From Candidatus Kapaibacterium sp. (GTDB lineage: Bacteria; Bacteroidota; Ignavibacteria; Kapaibacteriales; UBA2268): a DNA stretch of 64,000 bases. This document shows, piece after piece, positions 1-9,910 of the stretch. The stretch covers positions 3,674 through 67,673 of the forward strand of contig JAPLFL010000101.1 of NCBI GenBank assembly GCA_026390695.1, read 5' to 3'. The notes beneath the pieces were generated by a model. The model had not been told where the DNA came from and searched no databases. It saw nothing but the letters and a program-made list of their open reading frames with translations. How positions within the stretch are numbered: position 1 is the first letter of the stretch; every line of letters starts with the position of its first letter. A program made the position numbers and the translations under genes.

Positions 1-1110
1 ATTATAGCCGATGAATTGACTGAAATATCAAATAAATTCTCCGATCCTCGCCGTACTGAAATAGTTCGCGATGCTCAGGACTTTACTATTGAAGATATGA
101 TTGCCGACGAAGATGTGATTGTCACTATTACTCATCGTGGATTTATTAAACGCACACCTGTTTCCAATTACCGCCGTCAGAATAAGGGCGGACGTGGTGC
201 AAGCGGTGCCGGTACTCATGATGATGATTTCATCGAGCATGTATTTCAGGCTTCCACTCACCACTTCCTGTTGTTCTTTACTGACAGGGGCCGAGTTTTC
301 AGAGTAAAAGTTTATGATTTGCCCGAAGGAAGTAAAAATGCCAAGGGTCGATCACTTGCCAATGTGATTCAGAAAGATGCAGATGAAACCGTAACTGCAT
401 ATCTGCCGGTACGTGAATTTGATGAGACTCAGTTTATTATTATGGGTACACGAAACGGAACTATAAAGAAGACTGCTTTATCGGAATATCAGAATGTTCG
501 GGCTAATGGAATAATTGCTATTAATCTTGTCGAAGGTGATAGATTGATTGAATCTAAAATCACTGATGGCACCTGCGATATTATTCTTGGAACATCAAAA
601 GGTATTGCTTGCCGTTTCCGAGAATCAGATGTTCGTGCAGTCGGCCGGGCTTCAATCGGTGTGCGCGGTATATCGCTCGAAGGTGATGACAAAGTAATGT
701 CGATGGTTGTGATCAAACGTTCTGATTCTCAGATTCTTGTCGTTGGTGAAAATGGATACGGAAAACGTACAAAATATGAAGATTTCCGTTTAACCAAACG
801 TGGAGCTAAGGGCGTTATTTCAATGAATGTATCGGAAAAGACCGGTAAGGTTGTTGGAATGAAATCTGTGGTTGATACCGAAGATTTAGTTGTTATGACT
901 ACAAATGGCATAACGATTCGTCAATCTATAAGAGATATTCGCACAATTGGCCGCAATACTCAGGGAGTGAAACTTATCCGCCTCGATGCCGGTGACACGA
1001 TTGCCGATATTACACTTGTAACGCGAGAGGAAGATGAAGTGGAAGAATCAAACGGAACGGATAATGCACCTGAAATGTTTGAAGAAAGTGGACAGACAAC
1101 TCTTTTATAA
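1..1110 (+). CDS. gyrA: DNA gyrase subunit A, C-terminal (beta-pinwheel) domain. The 5' end of the gene lies before the window; the frame is open from base 1.
   Basis: The translation contains a GyrA-box-like QNKGGRG and repeated blade motifs (VxTxxGxxKR, GxGVKLIRL) typical of the GyrA/ParC CTD, followed by an acidic tail. The ORF is in frame with position 1. Confidence 0.8.
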   Translation: MIADELTEISNKFSDPRRTEIVRDAQDFTIEDMIADEDVIVTITHRGFIKRTPVSNYRRQNKGGRGASGAGTHDDDFIEHVFQASTHHFLLFFTDRGRVFRVKVYDLPEGSKNAKGRSLANVIQKDADETVTAYLPVREFDETQFIIMGTRNGTIKKTALSEYQNVRANGIIAINLVEGDRLIESKITDGTCDIILGTSKGIACRFRESDVRAVGRASIGVRGISLEGDDKVMSMVVIKRSDSQILVVGENGYGKRTKYEDFRLTKRGAKGVISMNVSEKTGKVVGMKSVVDTEDLVVMTTNGITIRQSIRDIRTIGRNTQGVKLIRLDAGDTIADITLVTREEDEVEESNGTDNAPEMFEESGQTTLL

Positions 1111-1175
1111 ATAAGGATTAAGAATTTAGAATTGTTGGAAATACAATAAATCCTACAAAGACTGCAAAATAATCT

Positions 1176-1444
1176 TGAGGCCGTCTCAAAACCCTCATTT
1201 CTGTCATTCCTGCGAATGAGACTGTGTGAAAACACGAAATATTCACGTATCTGTCATTCCCGCGAATGCGGGAATCCCCTTCCATGGCGCAATTGGGGAT
1301 TCCTGCATTCGCAGGAATGACAAGAAAAGGTAGTTTTCACACAGTCTCGAATGCAGGAATCCCCTAAAGTGGCACTGGAAGGAGATTCCTGCATTCGCAG
1401 GAATGACATTGTTGTTAAATATGAGGCTTTTGAGACAGCCTCAT
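1176..1444. repeat. MITE-like palindromic element cluster with a GTCATTCC(T/C)GCGAATGC(A/G)GGAATCCCC core in inverted pairs. It is bounded by ~22-bp inverted termini, TGAGGC(C/T)GTCTCAAAA(C/G)CCTCA.
   Basis: Direct reading shows arms at 1253-1280 and 1296-1322 that are reverse complements. The termini at 1176-1197 and 1423-1444 are inverted copies. The same family recurs at 3327, 3683, 13930, 20921 and 63424. Confidence 0.8.
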
Positions 1445-1452
1445 TTTTTTTT
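1423..1452 (+). terminator. Rho-independent terminator after gyrA, formed by the right terminus of the repeat element.
   Basis: The stem TGAGGCT/AGCCTCA has an 8-nt loop and is followed by a T9 run at 1445-1453. Confidence 0.6.
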
Positions 1453-1463
1453 GGTTATAACTC

Positions 1464-1718
1464 TTAATAATCCCAATATTCTTTACTCAATCTAATAATC
1501 TCATCCAACTCAGCTTTTGTATCGGTTTCACCAAATACAAATGAAGAACAAATATAGTCCCAGTCACTTGAAGTAAGATTATAGAGTTTCTTGGCTATTA
1601 ATATTTCCAGTTCTGCACGGATTAAGTCCAAATCACGCTCGGAATCTACTTCTATATTTAATTCCTCCCCACAAGTCAGAAGTTTCTTCTGATTTGGAGC
1701 AAGAGAAATTACAAGCAT
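1464..1718 (-). CDS. Hypothetical small acidic protein (84 aa). Its start overlaps the rsmI stop (ATGA).
   Basis: ORF-track only; it is translationally coupled to the upstream rsmI and has no recognisable motif. Confidence 0.35.
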   Translation of the reverse strand: MLVISLAPNQKKLLTCGEELNIEVDSERDLDLIRAELEILIAKKLYNLTSSDWDYICSSFVFGETDTKAELDEIIRLSKEYWDY

Positions 1719-2392
1719 TACAGATTTTTGACTTTTTCAAGTACTACAACAAATTCACCTTTTATTTGCTGTCGTTTTTTTAGGGTTATCAGGCATTCTC
1801 CTATGGTTCCTCGGATAAATTCTTCATGAAGTTTGGTCAGTTCCCGTGCTATACAGATTTTCCGATCGGATCCGGCTGCTGCACATAGTTCTTCTAATAA
1901 TTTCATTATGCGGTGAACTGATTCAAGCATAATTACGGTGTGGTCTTGTTTGATGCAATTTCTGATAAAAGTCTGACGACCTTTTTTTTGAGGTGGAAAA
2001 CCGAGAAAGATGAACGAATCAATTGCAAGTCCGCTCGCTATTAATGCAGTCAGTATTGATGAGGCTCCCGGAATAGGAATTACTCTAATATCACTCTCAA
2101 TGGCTTTATGCACTAATCTGTATCCGGGATCGGAAATACAGGGTGTGCCTGCATCGGAAATCAAGACAACGCTTTTTCCTGCTTTTAATTCTGTGATTAT
2201 TGAATCAGAGCGACTGTCCTCATTATAATCGTGGTAAGAAATAAGTTTTTTCCCGATTATATTCAGAGCCTTTAATAATATCCCGCTCGACCGTGTATCT
2301 TCGCAGGCTATCAAATCGACATTTTTCAAAATATGATAAGCCCTGAAACTGATGTCGCTTAGATTACCAATGGGAGTTGCCACCAAATACAA
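1718..2392 (-). CDS. rsmI: 16S rRNA (cytidine1402-2'-O)-methyltransferase RsmI (tetrapyrrole-methylase fold).
   Basis: LVATPIGNLSDIS...IACEDTR...SDAGTPCISDPG motifs are characteristic of RsmI, and the length (224 aa) fits. Confidence 0.88.
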   Translation of the reverse strand: MYLVATPIGNLSDISFRAYHILKNVDLIACEDTRSSGILLKALNIIGKKLISYHDYNEDSRSDSIITELKAGKSVVLISDAGTPCISDPGYRLVHKAIESDIRVIPIPGASSILTALIASGLAIDSFIFLGFPPQKKGRQTFIRNCIKQDHTVIMLESVHRIMKLLEELCAAAGSDRKICIARELTKLHEEFIRGTIGECLITLKKRQQIKGEFVVVLEKVKNL

Positions 2393-2519
2393 AGCATTGA
2401 TGATATTTTCTTTAATCTCGATATTAATTCCTTAAGATTTTGTAATTTTGTAAATGTAAGTTTAATCAGTGATAACGAGATAAACTCAGGAATATTTTAT
2501 TAAAATTATGAAAAAATAA

Positions 2520-3263
2520 ATGCCAGTAAAAGTAATTACAATAGATTTTTGGAATACCTTGTTCGATTCGAGTGCCGGAACCGAACGGAACACATATCGC
2601 CGCCAGTCATTGGTTAAGGAAATAAAGAAACTGAATGCCGAATTAAGTGAAATTGAGTTTAATAGTGCAATGGAGGCATCATGGGCTTTTTTTAATGATA
2701 ATTGGCTCAATCACAGCCGTACACCTGAGCCAAGCGAAACGGTGAAATTTTTTATGGACTTTCTACATTTAGATTTCACAGCCGAGCAATTTGATAAAGT
2801 TGTTTGGAATTTTGCAGAATCTGTGCTGGTTTTTCCACCTAAATTAATTGATGGAGTTCCTCAAGCACTCGAAAGTTTATCTTCAAAATTTAAATTGGGA
2901 TTGATTTCGGATACTGGATTTTCTCCCGGAACTGTATTGCGTGAGCTGATGAAAAGAACTAATATTTATCAATATTTTTCAGCATTTAGTTTTTCTGATG
3001 AAACCAAAGTGTCCAAACCGCATCCGAAAGCCTATCTTACAGTTTTAAATGAGTTGGAATGCAATCCTGAAGATGCTGTCCATATTGGCGACATTGCTCA
3101 GACTGATATTAAAGGAGCAAAAAATTTATCAATGAGAGCTATTCGGTTCATTGGCGACCAAACTTCAATGGTTCTAAAAAATACTGACATACAAATAGAA
3201 GCTGACTGGGAAGCAGAATCCTGGCATGAAATAGTAAAAATTATTAACGAAATTACTAATTAA
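2520..3263 (+). CDS. HAD-superfamily hydrolase.
   Basis: Motif I-like ITIDFWNTLF; motif III lysine (SKPHPK); motif IV HIGDxxxxD; length 247 aa. Confidence 0.65.
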   Translation: MPVKVITIDFWNTLFDSSAGTERNTYRRQSLVKEIKKLNAELSEIEFNSAMEASWAFFNDNWLNHSRTPEPSETVKFFMDFLHLDFTAEQFDKVVWNFAESVLVFPPKLIDGVPQALESLSSKFKLGLISDTGFSPGTVLRELMKRTNIYQYFSAFSFSDETKVSKPHPKAYLTVLNELECNPEDAVHIGDIAQTDIKGAKNLSMRAIRFIGDQTSMVLKNTDIQIEADWEAESWHEIVKIINEITN

Positions 3264-3326
3264 AATATTTTAATATTTTATTGAATAATTCTCCGATTTC
3301 ATTTGCGAAATGATATTTATCATTAA

Positions 3327-3459
3327 TGAGACTATCTCAAAAGCCTCATTTCTGTCATTCCTGCGAATGCAGGAATCCCCTAAAGTGGCACTGGCAGGAG
3401 ATTTCTGCATACGCAGGAATGACATTTTTGTTAAATATGTAGCTTTTGAGACAGCCTCA
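3327..3459. repeat. Single copy of the MITE-like palindromic element, with TIR-like ends TCTCAAAAGCCTCA / TTTTGAGACAGCCTCA.
   Basis: Same core as at 1253-1430; followed by a T-run at 3463-3470. Confidence 0.75.
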
Positions 3460-3682
3460 TTAGTTTTTTTAAAAATTATTTCGTAATTTGTAAATTGGTG
3501 TTTTATTTTTTTAAGTAATTTTGGATTTACATTTGATTAATTCTGATTTCATAGTAAAAGTTGCTCTGGAAGCTGTGTACGAATCAATTGGTAAAATTCA
3601 TTATTCGATTGTTCATAGGCAAGCAAAGAAAATCTATGAAGTAGATGACAAACAAATAACTTATATCGTTTCCTACTTTAAG

Positions 3683-3920
3683 GCTGTCATTTGTGCGTAT
3701 GCAGGAATCCCCAATTGCGCCATGGAATGGGATTCCCGCATTCGAGTTTGTGTGAAAACTGCAATTTCTTGTCATTCCTGCGAATGCAGGAATCCCGCTA
3801 AAGTGGCACTGGAAGGAGATTCCTGCATACGCAGGAATGACATTCTATTGGAATTTTCGTGTTTTCACACAGTCTCATGCGCGGGAATGACAATAATTCC
3901 TAATTCTTTAAGGAAATGAT
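3683..3920. repeat. Composite copy of the palindromic element. Its flanks (CGTTTCCTACTTTAAGGCTGTCATT ... TTAAGGAAATGATAT) are shared with the copy at 20921-21255.
   Basis: Direct comparison of 3663-3700 with 20921-20960, and of 3885-3920 with 21212-21255. Confidence 0.7.
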
Positions 3921-3962
3921 ATTATATATAAAATTGAGATTTAACAATTAAGCATATACATT

Positions 3963-6900
3963 ATGAAAAAACTATTCCTGTCAAAAAAAGTAATTCTTCT
4001 TGCATTGATTTTATCCGGTATTACTTTTATAGTTACGATCGGCTCAACTTATATAAATTATATCACAGCCTCTGATACTGTTCTGAAGGCATTGTTAGAT
4101 GATGCGGAAAGTGATAAAAACTTTGTTGAAACACTTTACAATAAAGGTTTCTCAAGAGACTCAATATTATCAGTTTTAAATCAAGTTCATAAATCCGTAA
4201 GAATGATAGGTAGTACAGGGGAATTAGTTATAGGTGAATTGTATAAGGATTCAATAAATTTTATAGTGAGAAAGACCATAAATGGAGATGGTGAAAAAAT
4301 TAGTGTTAGCCTTAAATCCAATAAAATAGCAGGTCCGATGCGCTCGGCAATGTCAAAAAAAACTGGGAATTATCAGGGCTTGGATTATCGAGGAAGTAAA
4401 GTCTTTGCAGGTTACACATATTTTGCACCATTTCAATGGGGAATTGTTTCCAAAATAAGTGTAGAAGAAGTACGGGAGCCATTTATTTATTCCCTTTTAT
4501 ATTGCTTTATACCAGCCATTTTATTAACTTTTTTTGGGTCTTTACTTTTTATAAAAGTAACAAATCCGATGATAACGGCTATCAGAAAAAGTGAGGAAAA
4601 TTTATCGATTACTTTGAATTCAATTGGTGACGGCGTTATCTCTACCGATGAGCATGGCATGGTTGTACAATTAAATCCTGTAGCCGAGAAACTCTGTGGT
4701 TGGAAAATTGATGAAGCTCGTGGAAAACCTCTTAACGAAGTTTTTAAAATTATTAATGCTGAGACAAGGTTGATAGTTGAAAATCCTGTTAAAAAAGTGA
4801 TTGAAAATGGACAGATTGTTGGGCTCGCCAATCATACAGTTTTGATTTCCAGGGACGGGAAGGAATATCAAATAGCTGATAGTGCAGCTCCTATAAAGGA
4901 TGTAGCAGGAAGAATCAATGGTGTTGTCATGGTATTTTCCGATGTAACGGAAAGATATGCAGCAGAATACGCTTTACGCAAAAGTCAAGAGCAATTAAAT
5001 ATTATTTTTCAAGAATCACCTGTCGCATCTGTACTGGTTGGAATGGATAAAAAATTTATAAAATGTAATTCTGCATTCAGCAATTTTTTGGGATATTCGG
5101 AAATTGAAATAATTGGAAGGACTATTGAGGAAGTAACTTATTCTGAAGATGTTGAAATCGCAATGCCTGAAATGAAGCTGTTAGTGGAAGGGAAAATAAA
5201 AACAGTAAAAGCAGAGAAACGTTATGTGAGAAAGAATGGAGAACTTATATGGGGTGAGATAAAAATCTCCCTGGTACATGATGAGAACAATAAACCCTTA
5301 TATTTCTTACCGATTATTCATAATATTTCTGATAGGAAAAAAGCAGAACTTGAATTGAAAGAAAGTGAAGCTACTTTCCGTGAATTATGGAACGCAACAA
5401 TTGAGGGAATTACTATACACGACAGAGGTATTATTCTTAAAGCAAATGATGCGATGTGCCGGATGTTTGGCTATGAACCTGAGAATGTAATAGGAATGTC
5501 CTTGCTAAAATTTGCAGCACCTGAAGTGCACGATTTTCTTCGTAAAACTATGGCAACAGATAGGGATGGACATTTTGAATTACCATGTATAAAAGCAGAT
5601 GGCACCAAAATGATTGTCGAAACATTTTCAAAGATGATCAGATATAAAGGTAAAGACCTTAGAATGGCTGCCAACCGTGATATAACCGAACGGAAGAAGG
5701 CAGAAGCAGCTGTTTATAAAGCTAAGTTGGAATGGGAGGCAATTTTTCACGGGATATCTCATCCGACGATAATTTTAGGGCCGGACAATAATATTCTTGA
5801 AATCAATGAAGCTACCGAAAGAATGCTTGGCAAGAATATATCCGAACTTAAGGATCTCAAATGTTGGGAGATTTTTCATGGTAATGCCCATTCCGAGCGA
5901 CCTTGCGGATGCCCGTTCACGAAATTACTTGATAGCAATTCGAGCCAAACTGAGGAGATGGAAATTGAAGCCGTAAGTGGTACTTTTATAGTTTCCTGCA
6001 CTCCAATTTTCGATGCAGGAGGAAAATTAGAAAAAGTTGTTCATATTGCCACTGAAATAACAGAAAGAAAAAAGGCAGAGAATGCTTTGAAAGCAAGTGA
6101 ACTAAGGCTCCAACTAATTCTTGAGAATATGCCGATCCTCCTTAATGCTTTCGATGATAACGGTAATATAATCGTCTGGAATAAAGCGTGTGAAGAAGCA
6201 ACAGGGTATAGTGCAGTTGAAATAATTAATAATCCACAGGCTTTAGAACTTTTATATCCGGATATTGATTATAGAAATAATGTGATGAAGGATATTGCTG
6301 ATCCCAAATATTCAGATAATGTTTATGATTTAGTGAAGAAAAATAAAGAAATTCGGACAATAGAATGGTTCGATATTTATAAAAAGATCCGTATTCCGGG
6401 TTGGCCATCTTGGGGACTTGGTCAGGATATCACTGATAGATTGCGTGCCGAAGAATTATTAAGACAAAGCGAGGAGAAGTTTAGAAATATTTATGAAAAT
6501 TCTCAGGAAGGAATCTTCCAAACGAGGGCTGATGGCTCTTATATTTCTGTTAATACAGCTTTAGCTAAGATGTATGGTTATGATTCTTCCGAGGAACTTA
6601 TGGATAATAGAGCCAACATAGCATTTGATTCTTATTTTAACCCAGAAGACCGTAATCAATTTCTTAAAATTATGGAGGAAAAAGGATTAATTCGGGGTTT
6701 TGAATATCAGGTTAAGCATCGCGATGGCCATAATATGTGGTTTTATGAAGATGCAAAAGCTATTAAGGATGAAAATGGGAACCTTGAATATTTTGAAGGA
6801 TTTGTTGTTGATATTACTGAGAAAAAGTTAGCGGAAGAGGCACTGAAGGCAAGTTATGCTGATTTAAGAAGAGCTGAACAAGTCTCTAAAATAGGTTATT

Positions 6901-8828
6901 GGACATTGTATTTGAATGAAAAAATTATGTCCTCCTCGGAAAATGCCAATAAAATTTATGGATTTGAGAATAATCAAAATTCTTTATCAGAAATTCAAAA
7001 AGTAGTTTTACCGGAATTCAGACAATATCTTGATTCTGCATTGCAGGAATTTATCGTAAATGGTAAACCTTATGATACCGAATATAAAATTAGAAGAATA
7101 ACAGATAATAAAATCATAGATATTCGTTCAGTGGCGGAATTTGATCGTTCGAAAAATATTATTTTCGGTGTAATTCAGGATATTACTGAACGTAAAGATT
7201 ATGAAGCAGCAATAATAAAAAGCGAAAAATTCCTAAAAGAAACACAAAAAATTGCTAATCTCGGTACTTATAATATGGATATTATTTCGGGTTTGTGGGA
7301 GTCTTCTGCTATTCTTGATGAGATTTTCGGAATAGATGCCAGTTTCGAGAGAACAGTCGAAGGTTGGGCTTCAATTCTGCATCCGGATTGGCGTAAATTA
7401 ATGACAGATTATTTGATAAATGAAGTATTTGGAAAGGGTGTTACTTTTGATAAGGAGTATGTTATTATTAGAATTAACGACAGGTCGGAACGATGGCTTC
7501 ATGGAATAGGCGAACTTAAATTTAATGAAAATCATGTACCTATAATAATGATCGGAACCATTAGAGATATTACTGAGAAAAAGCTTGCAGAGGAATTACT
7601 AATTGATAAAAATCATGAAATTGAAGCACAATATGAAGAATATATGCAACTTAACGAACAGCTTCGTAAAACAAATTATGAACTTGAAATAGAAAAAGCT
7701 CATGCCGAAGAAAGCGAAAAACTTAAAACCTCATTTCTCCAGAACATGTCCCATGAAATCAGAACTCCGCTTAATGGGATTATGGGATTCTCCGGATTAT
7801 TGAGAGATTATGATGATCTAAGTCAGGATGAAAGCAAAGACTATATCAATATTATTGTCAATTCATCTAATAGATTATTGGCAATAGTGGACGATGTGCT
7901 GGATATTTCAAGAATAGATTCAAACTCTTTGTCAATTAATAAAAGTGATTTTCTTTTGACTGAATTGTTGCATTATTATCAGTCATTGTATAATTCTCAA
8001 ATTCGATCCAAGGGACTTAACTTTATTATTAAAATTCAAGATAAATGCTCGGAATTGAAATTATTGACTGACAAAGATAAATTAAGCCAAATAATTACTA
8101 ACTTAATGAATAATGCAACAAAATTTACTCACAAGGGTGAAATCGAACTTGGAGTTAATAGAGACAAAGATAAATTAAATATATATGTCCGTGATACTGG
8201 AATCGGAATAAAAGGGGAATATCTTGAAAAAATATTTGATCGATTCTGGCAATATGAGGCCTTTGTTGAGGAATTCTACGGTGGAACCGGATTGGGTCTC
8301 TCTATTTCCAAAGGATTGGCTGAACTTTTAGGGCTGCAAATTTCTGTTGAATCAGTTTTTGATCAAGGAACTACTTTTACATTGACTTTTAATCCAGATT
8401 CTTTTATTGAAAAAAATGATAGTTTTACTATAAATAAAACAATTACAAGAGAATATTTTGATTTATATGGTTTAAAAGTTCTAATTGTTGATGATGAAGA
8501 AACAAATTATTTGTATTTAAAATCATTGCTTAAAAGGATCAATTCGCACATTCACTGGGCTCGCAATGGTCAGGAAGCAATTGACATGTGCCAGCTAAAT
8601 TCTTATGATTTGATTCTTATGGATTTGAAAATGCCGGTTATGAACGGTTTCGATGCAACAAGAAAAATTCGTGAGTTTGATAAAAATATTTTTATTATAG
8701 CGCAAACGGCCTACACTCAGGGCGAAGAAAAAGAGCATGCTATTGATGCCGGATGTGATGAATTTATATGTAAACCGATTGAGCGAGAGAATCTATTTTA
8801 TTTGATTAGAGAAAAATTAAGGAAATGA
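3963..8828 (+). CDS. Hybrid sensor histidine kinase/response regulator. It has an N-terminal periplasmic Cache-like sensor between two TMs, about 7 PAS domains, HisKA, HATPase_c and a C-terminal receiver.
   Basis: H-box SHEIRTPLNGIMGFSGLL; G-boxes DTGIGI and GGTGLGLSI; receiver VLIVDDEE...DLILMDLKMPVMNG; repeated PAS cores. A signal/TM segment opens the protein, and a second TM at ~aa 175-195 bounds the periplasmic sensor before the first PAS. Confidence 0.9.
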   Translation: MKKLFLSKKVILLALILSGITFIVTIGSTYINYITASDTVLKALLDDAESDKNFVETLYNKGFSRDSILSVLNQVHKSVRMIGSTGELVIGELYKDSINFIVRKTINGDGEKISVSLKSNKIAGPMRSAMSKKTGNYQGLDYRGSKVFAGYTYFAPFQWGIVSKISVEEVREPFIYSLLYCFIPAILLTFFGSLLFIKVTNPMITAIRKSEENLSITLNSIGDGVISTDEHGMVVQLNPVAEKLCGWKIDEARGKPLNEVFKIINAETRLIVENPVKKVIENGQIVGLANHTVLISRDGKEYQIADSAAPIKDVAGRINGVVMVFSDVTERYAAEYALRKSQEQLNIIFQESPVASVLVGMDKKFIKCNSAFSNFLGYSEIEIIGRTIEEVTYSEDVEIAMPEMKLLVEGKIKTVKAEKRYVRKNGELIWGEIKISLVHDENNKPLYFLPIIHNISDRKKAELELKESEATFRELWNATIEGITIHDRGIILKANDAMCRMFGYEPENVIGMSLLKFAAPEVHDFLRKTMATDRDGHFELPCIKADGTKMIVETFSKMIRYKGKDLRMAANRDITERKKAEAAVYKAKLEWEAIFHGISHPTIILGPDNNILEINEATERMLGKNISELKDLKCWEIFHGNAHSERPCGCPFTKLLDSNSSQTEEMEIEAVSGTFIVSCTPIFDAGGKLEKVVHIATEITERKKAENALKASELRLQLILENMPILLNAFDDNGNIIVWNKACEEATGYSAVEIINNPQALELLYPDIDYRNNVMKDIADPKYSDNVYDLVKKNKEIRTIEWFDIYKKIRIPGWPSWGLGQDITDRLRAEELLRQSEEKFRNIYENSQEGIFQTRADGSYISVNTALAKMYGYDSSEELMDNRANIAFDSYFNPEDRNQFLKIMEEKGLIRGFEYQVKHRDGHNMWFYEDAKAIKDENGNLEYFEGFVVDITEKKLAEEALKASYADLRRAEQVSKIGYWTLYLNEKIMSSSENANKIYGFENNQNSLSEIQKVVLPEFRQYLDSALQEFIVNGKPYDTEYKIRRITDNKIIDIRSVAEFDRSKNIIFGVIQDITERKDYEAAIIKSEKFLKETQKIANLGTYNMDIISGLWESSAILDEIFGIDASFERTVEGWASILHPDWRKLMTDYLINEVFGKGVTFDKEYVIIRINDRSERWLHGIGELKFNENHVPIIMIGTIRDITEKKLAEELLIDKNHEIEAQYEEYMQLNEQLRKTNYELEIEKAHAEESEKLKTSFLQNMSHEIRTPLNGIMGFSGLLRDYDDLSQDESKDYINIIVNSSNRLLAIVDDVLDISRIDSNSLSINKSDFLLTELLHYYQSLYNSQIRSKGLNFIIKIQDKCSELKLLTDKDKLSQIITNLMNNATKFTHKGEIELGVNRDKDKLNIYVRDTGIGIKGEYLEKIFDRFWQYEAFVEEFYGGTGLGLSISKGLAELLGLQISVESVFDQGTTFTLTFNPDSFIEKNDSFTINKTITREYFDLYGLKVLIVDDEETNYLYLKSLLKRINSHIHWARNGQEAIDMCQLNSYDLILMDLKMPVMNGFDATRKIREFDKNIFIIAQTAYTQGEEKEHAIDAGCDEFICKPIERENLFYLIREKLRK

Positions 8829-8887
8829 CATTAGTTTATAAAGTTCATCAAGTGATGAAATGAAAAATTGAAAAATAGGGAGTAGTT

Positions 8888-9910
8888 ATGAGTTATCATA
8901 TTGATTATAAGAGGATTAATTGGTTAAGAAAACCAAGGAATTTGAAACTAATTCTTACTATACAACTAAGTGTAATTCTTATTTTGATAATTATAATGAC
9001 AAATTGCTTTAAAAAGCCACAAGAACCTATCCGAATCGGAATTAGCCCATGGCCTGGCTATGAACCTATGTTTTTGGCAAGAGAAAAGGGATACTTTTCC
9101 GAAAAAGATGTCAAGTTAATCGATTATACTTCAGTTACAGGCCAATCAAGAGCTTTCGTTAATGGAGCTGTCGATGCTGCTGCTATGACTCTTGATGTTG
9201 CAACCAAATTAAGAGAAAGCGGAGTCGATCTTAGAATTGTACTTGTCTTTGATGTTTCAAACGGTGGGGATGTTATTCTCGCAAATCCTGTATATCAAAC
9301 CTTAAAGGATCTAAAAAATAAAAAAATCGGTGTTGAGACAACTTCAATCGGTGATTATATGATTTCACGTGCTTTGGAATTATCCGGCATGAAACTTACG
9401 GATATTAAGGTTGTTCCTTTGGAAATTTCCGAACATGAAAGAGCATTTAAAGAAAAACGAGTTGATGCTATTGTTACTTATGAACCTGTCAAAACCAAAT
9501 TAATTGCTTACGGGGCTAATAAAATATTTGATAGTTCGCAAATACCGGGAGAAATAGTTGATGTTCTTGTTGTAAGAACTGATTATTTGAAAAAAGGAGA
9601 TAAACAATTAATCTCACTTTTAAATGGATGGTTCAAAGCATTAGGAGCACTAACGACAGATAGCTTAAACTCAATTCGTTTTATGGCTGCAAGGGAGCAA
9701 ATCTCCGATAAAGAATTTATTTTATCTTTGGAAGGGTTAACGATACCCAATATGCAAAGTAATATAATGCAGCTTGGTGGAGCAAATCCCGGACTGCTTG
9801 CACCTGCAAGACATCTTGAGAGAATAATGTATGAAAAGAAGCTCATCGAAGGTCGTGTGGACTTAGTTAAACTTTTTGATGCCTCATTTATTGAAAGGTT
9901 GACTAAATGA
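8888..9910 (+). CDS. Periplasmic substrate-binding-protein-like sensor partner (NMT1/SsuA/TauA-like fold). Its stop overlaps the start of the downstream kinase.
   Basis: N-terminal TM anchor; IRIGISPWPGYEP...KIGVETTSIGD pattern is typical of NMT1/SsuA-type SBPs; ATGA overlap at 9907. Confidence 0.55.
   Translation: MSYHIDYKRINWLRKPRNLKLILTIQLSVILILIIIMTNCFKKPQEPIRIGISPWPGYEPMFLAREKGYFSEKDVKLIDYTSVTGQSRAFVNGAVDAAAMTLDVATKLRESGVDLRIVLVFDVSNGGDVILANPVYQTLKDLKNKKIGVETTSIGDYMISRALELSGMKLTDIKVVPLEISEHERAFKEKRVDAIVTYEPVKTKLIAYGANKIFDSSQIPGEIVDVLVVRTDYLKKGDKQLISLLNGWFKALGALTTDSLNSIRFMAAREQISDKEFILSLEGLTIPNMQSNIMQLGGANPGLLAPARHLERIMYEKKLIEGRVDLVKLFDASFIERLTK

Noticed and set aside
3521-3919. ORF-track proteins inside the repeat clusters (3521-3919, 13933-14370, 20966-21233, 26769-27053, 27381-27703, 28904-29146, 48216-48413), which have ...CHSCECRNP... 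or KGETWKIPLNPP-type repetitive translations.
   Set aside because: They are translations of palindromic or tandem DNA repeats with periodic, low-complexity peptides and no start context, so they are artefacts.
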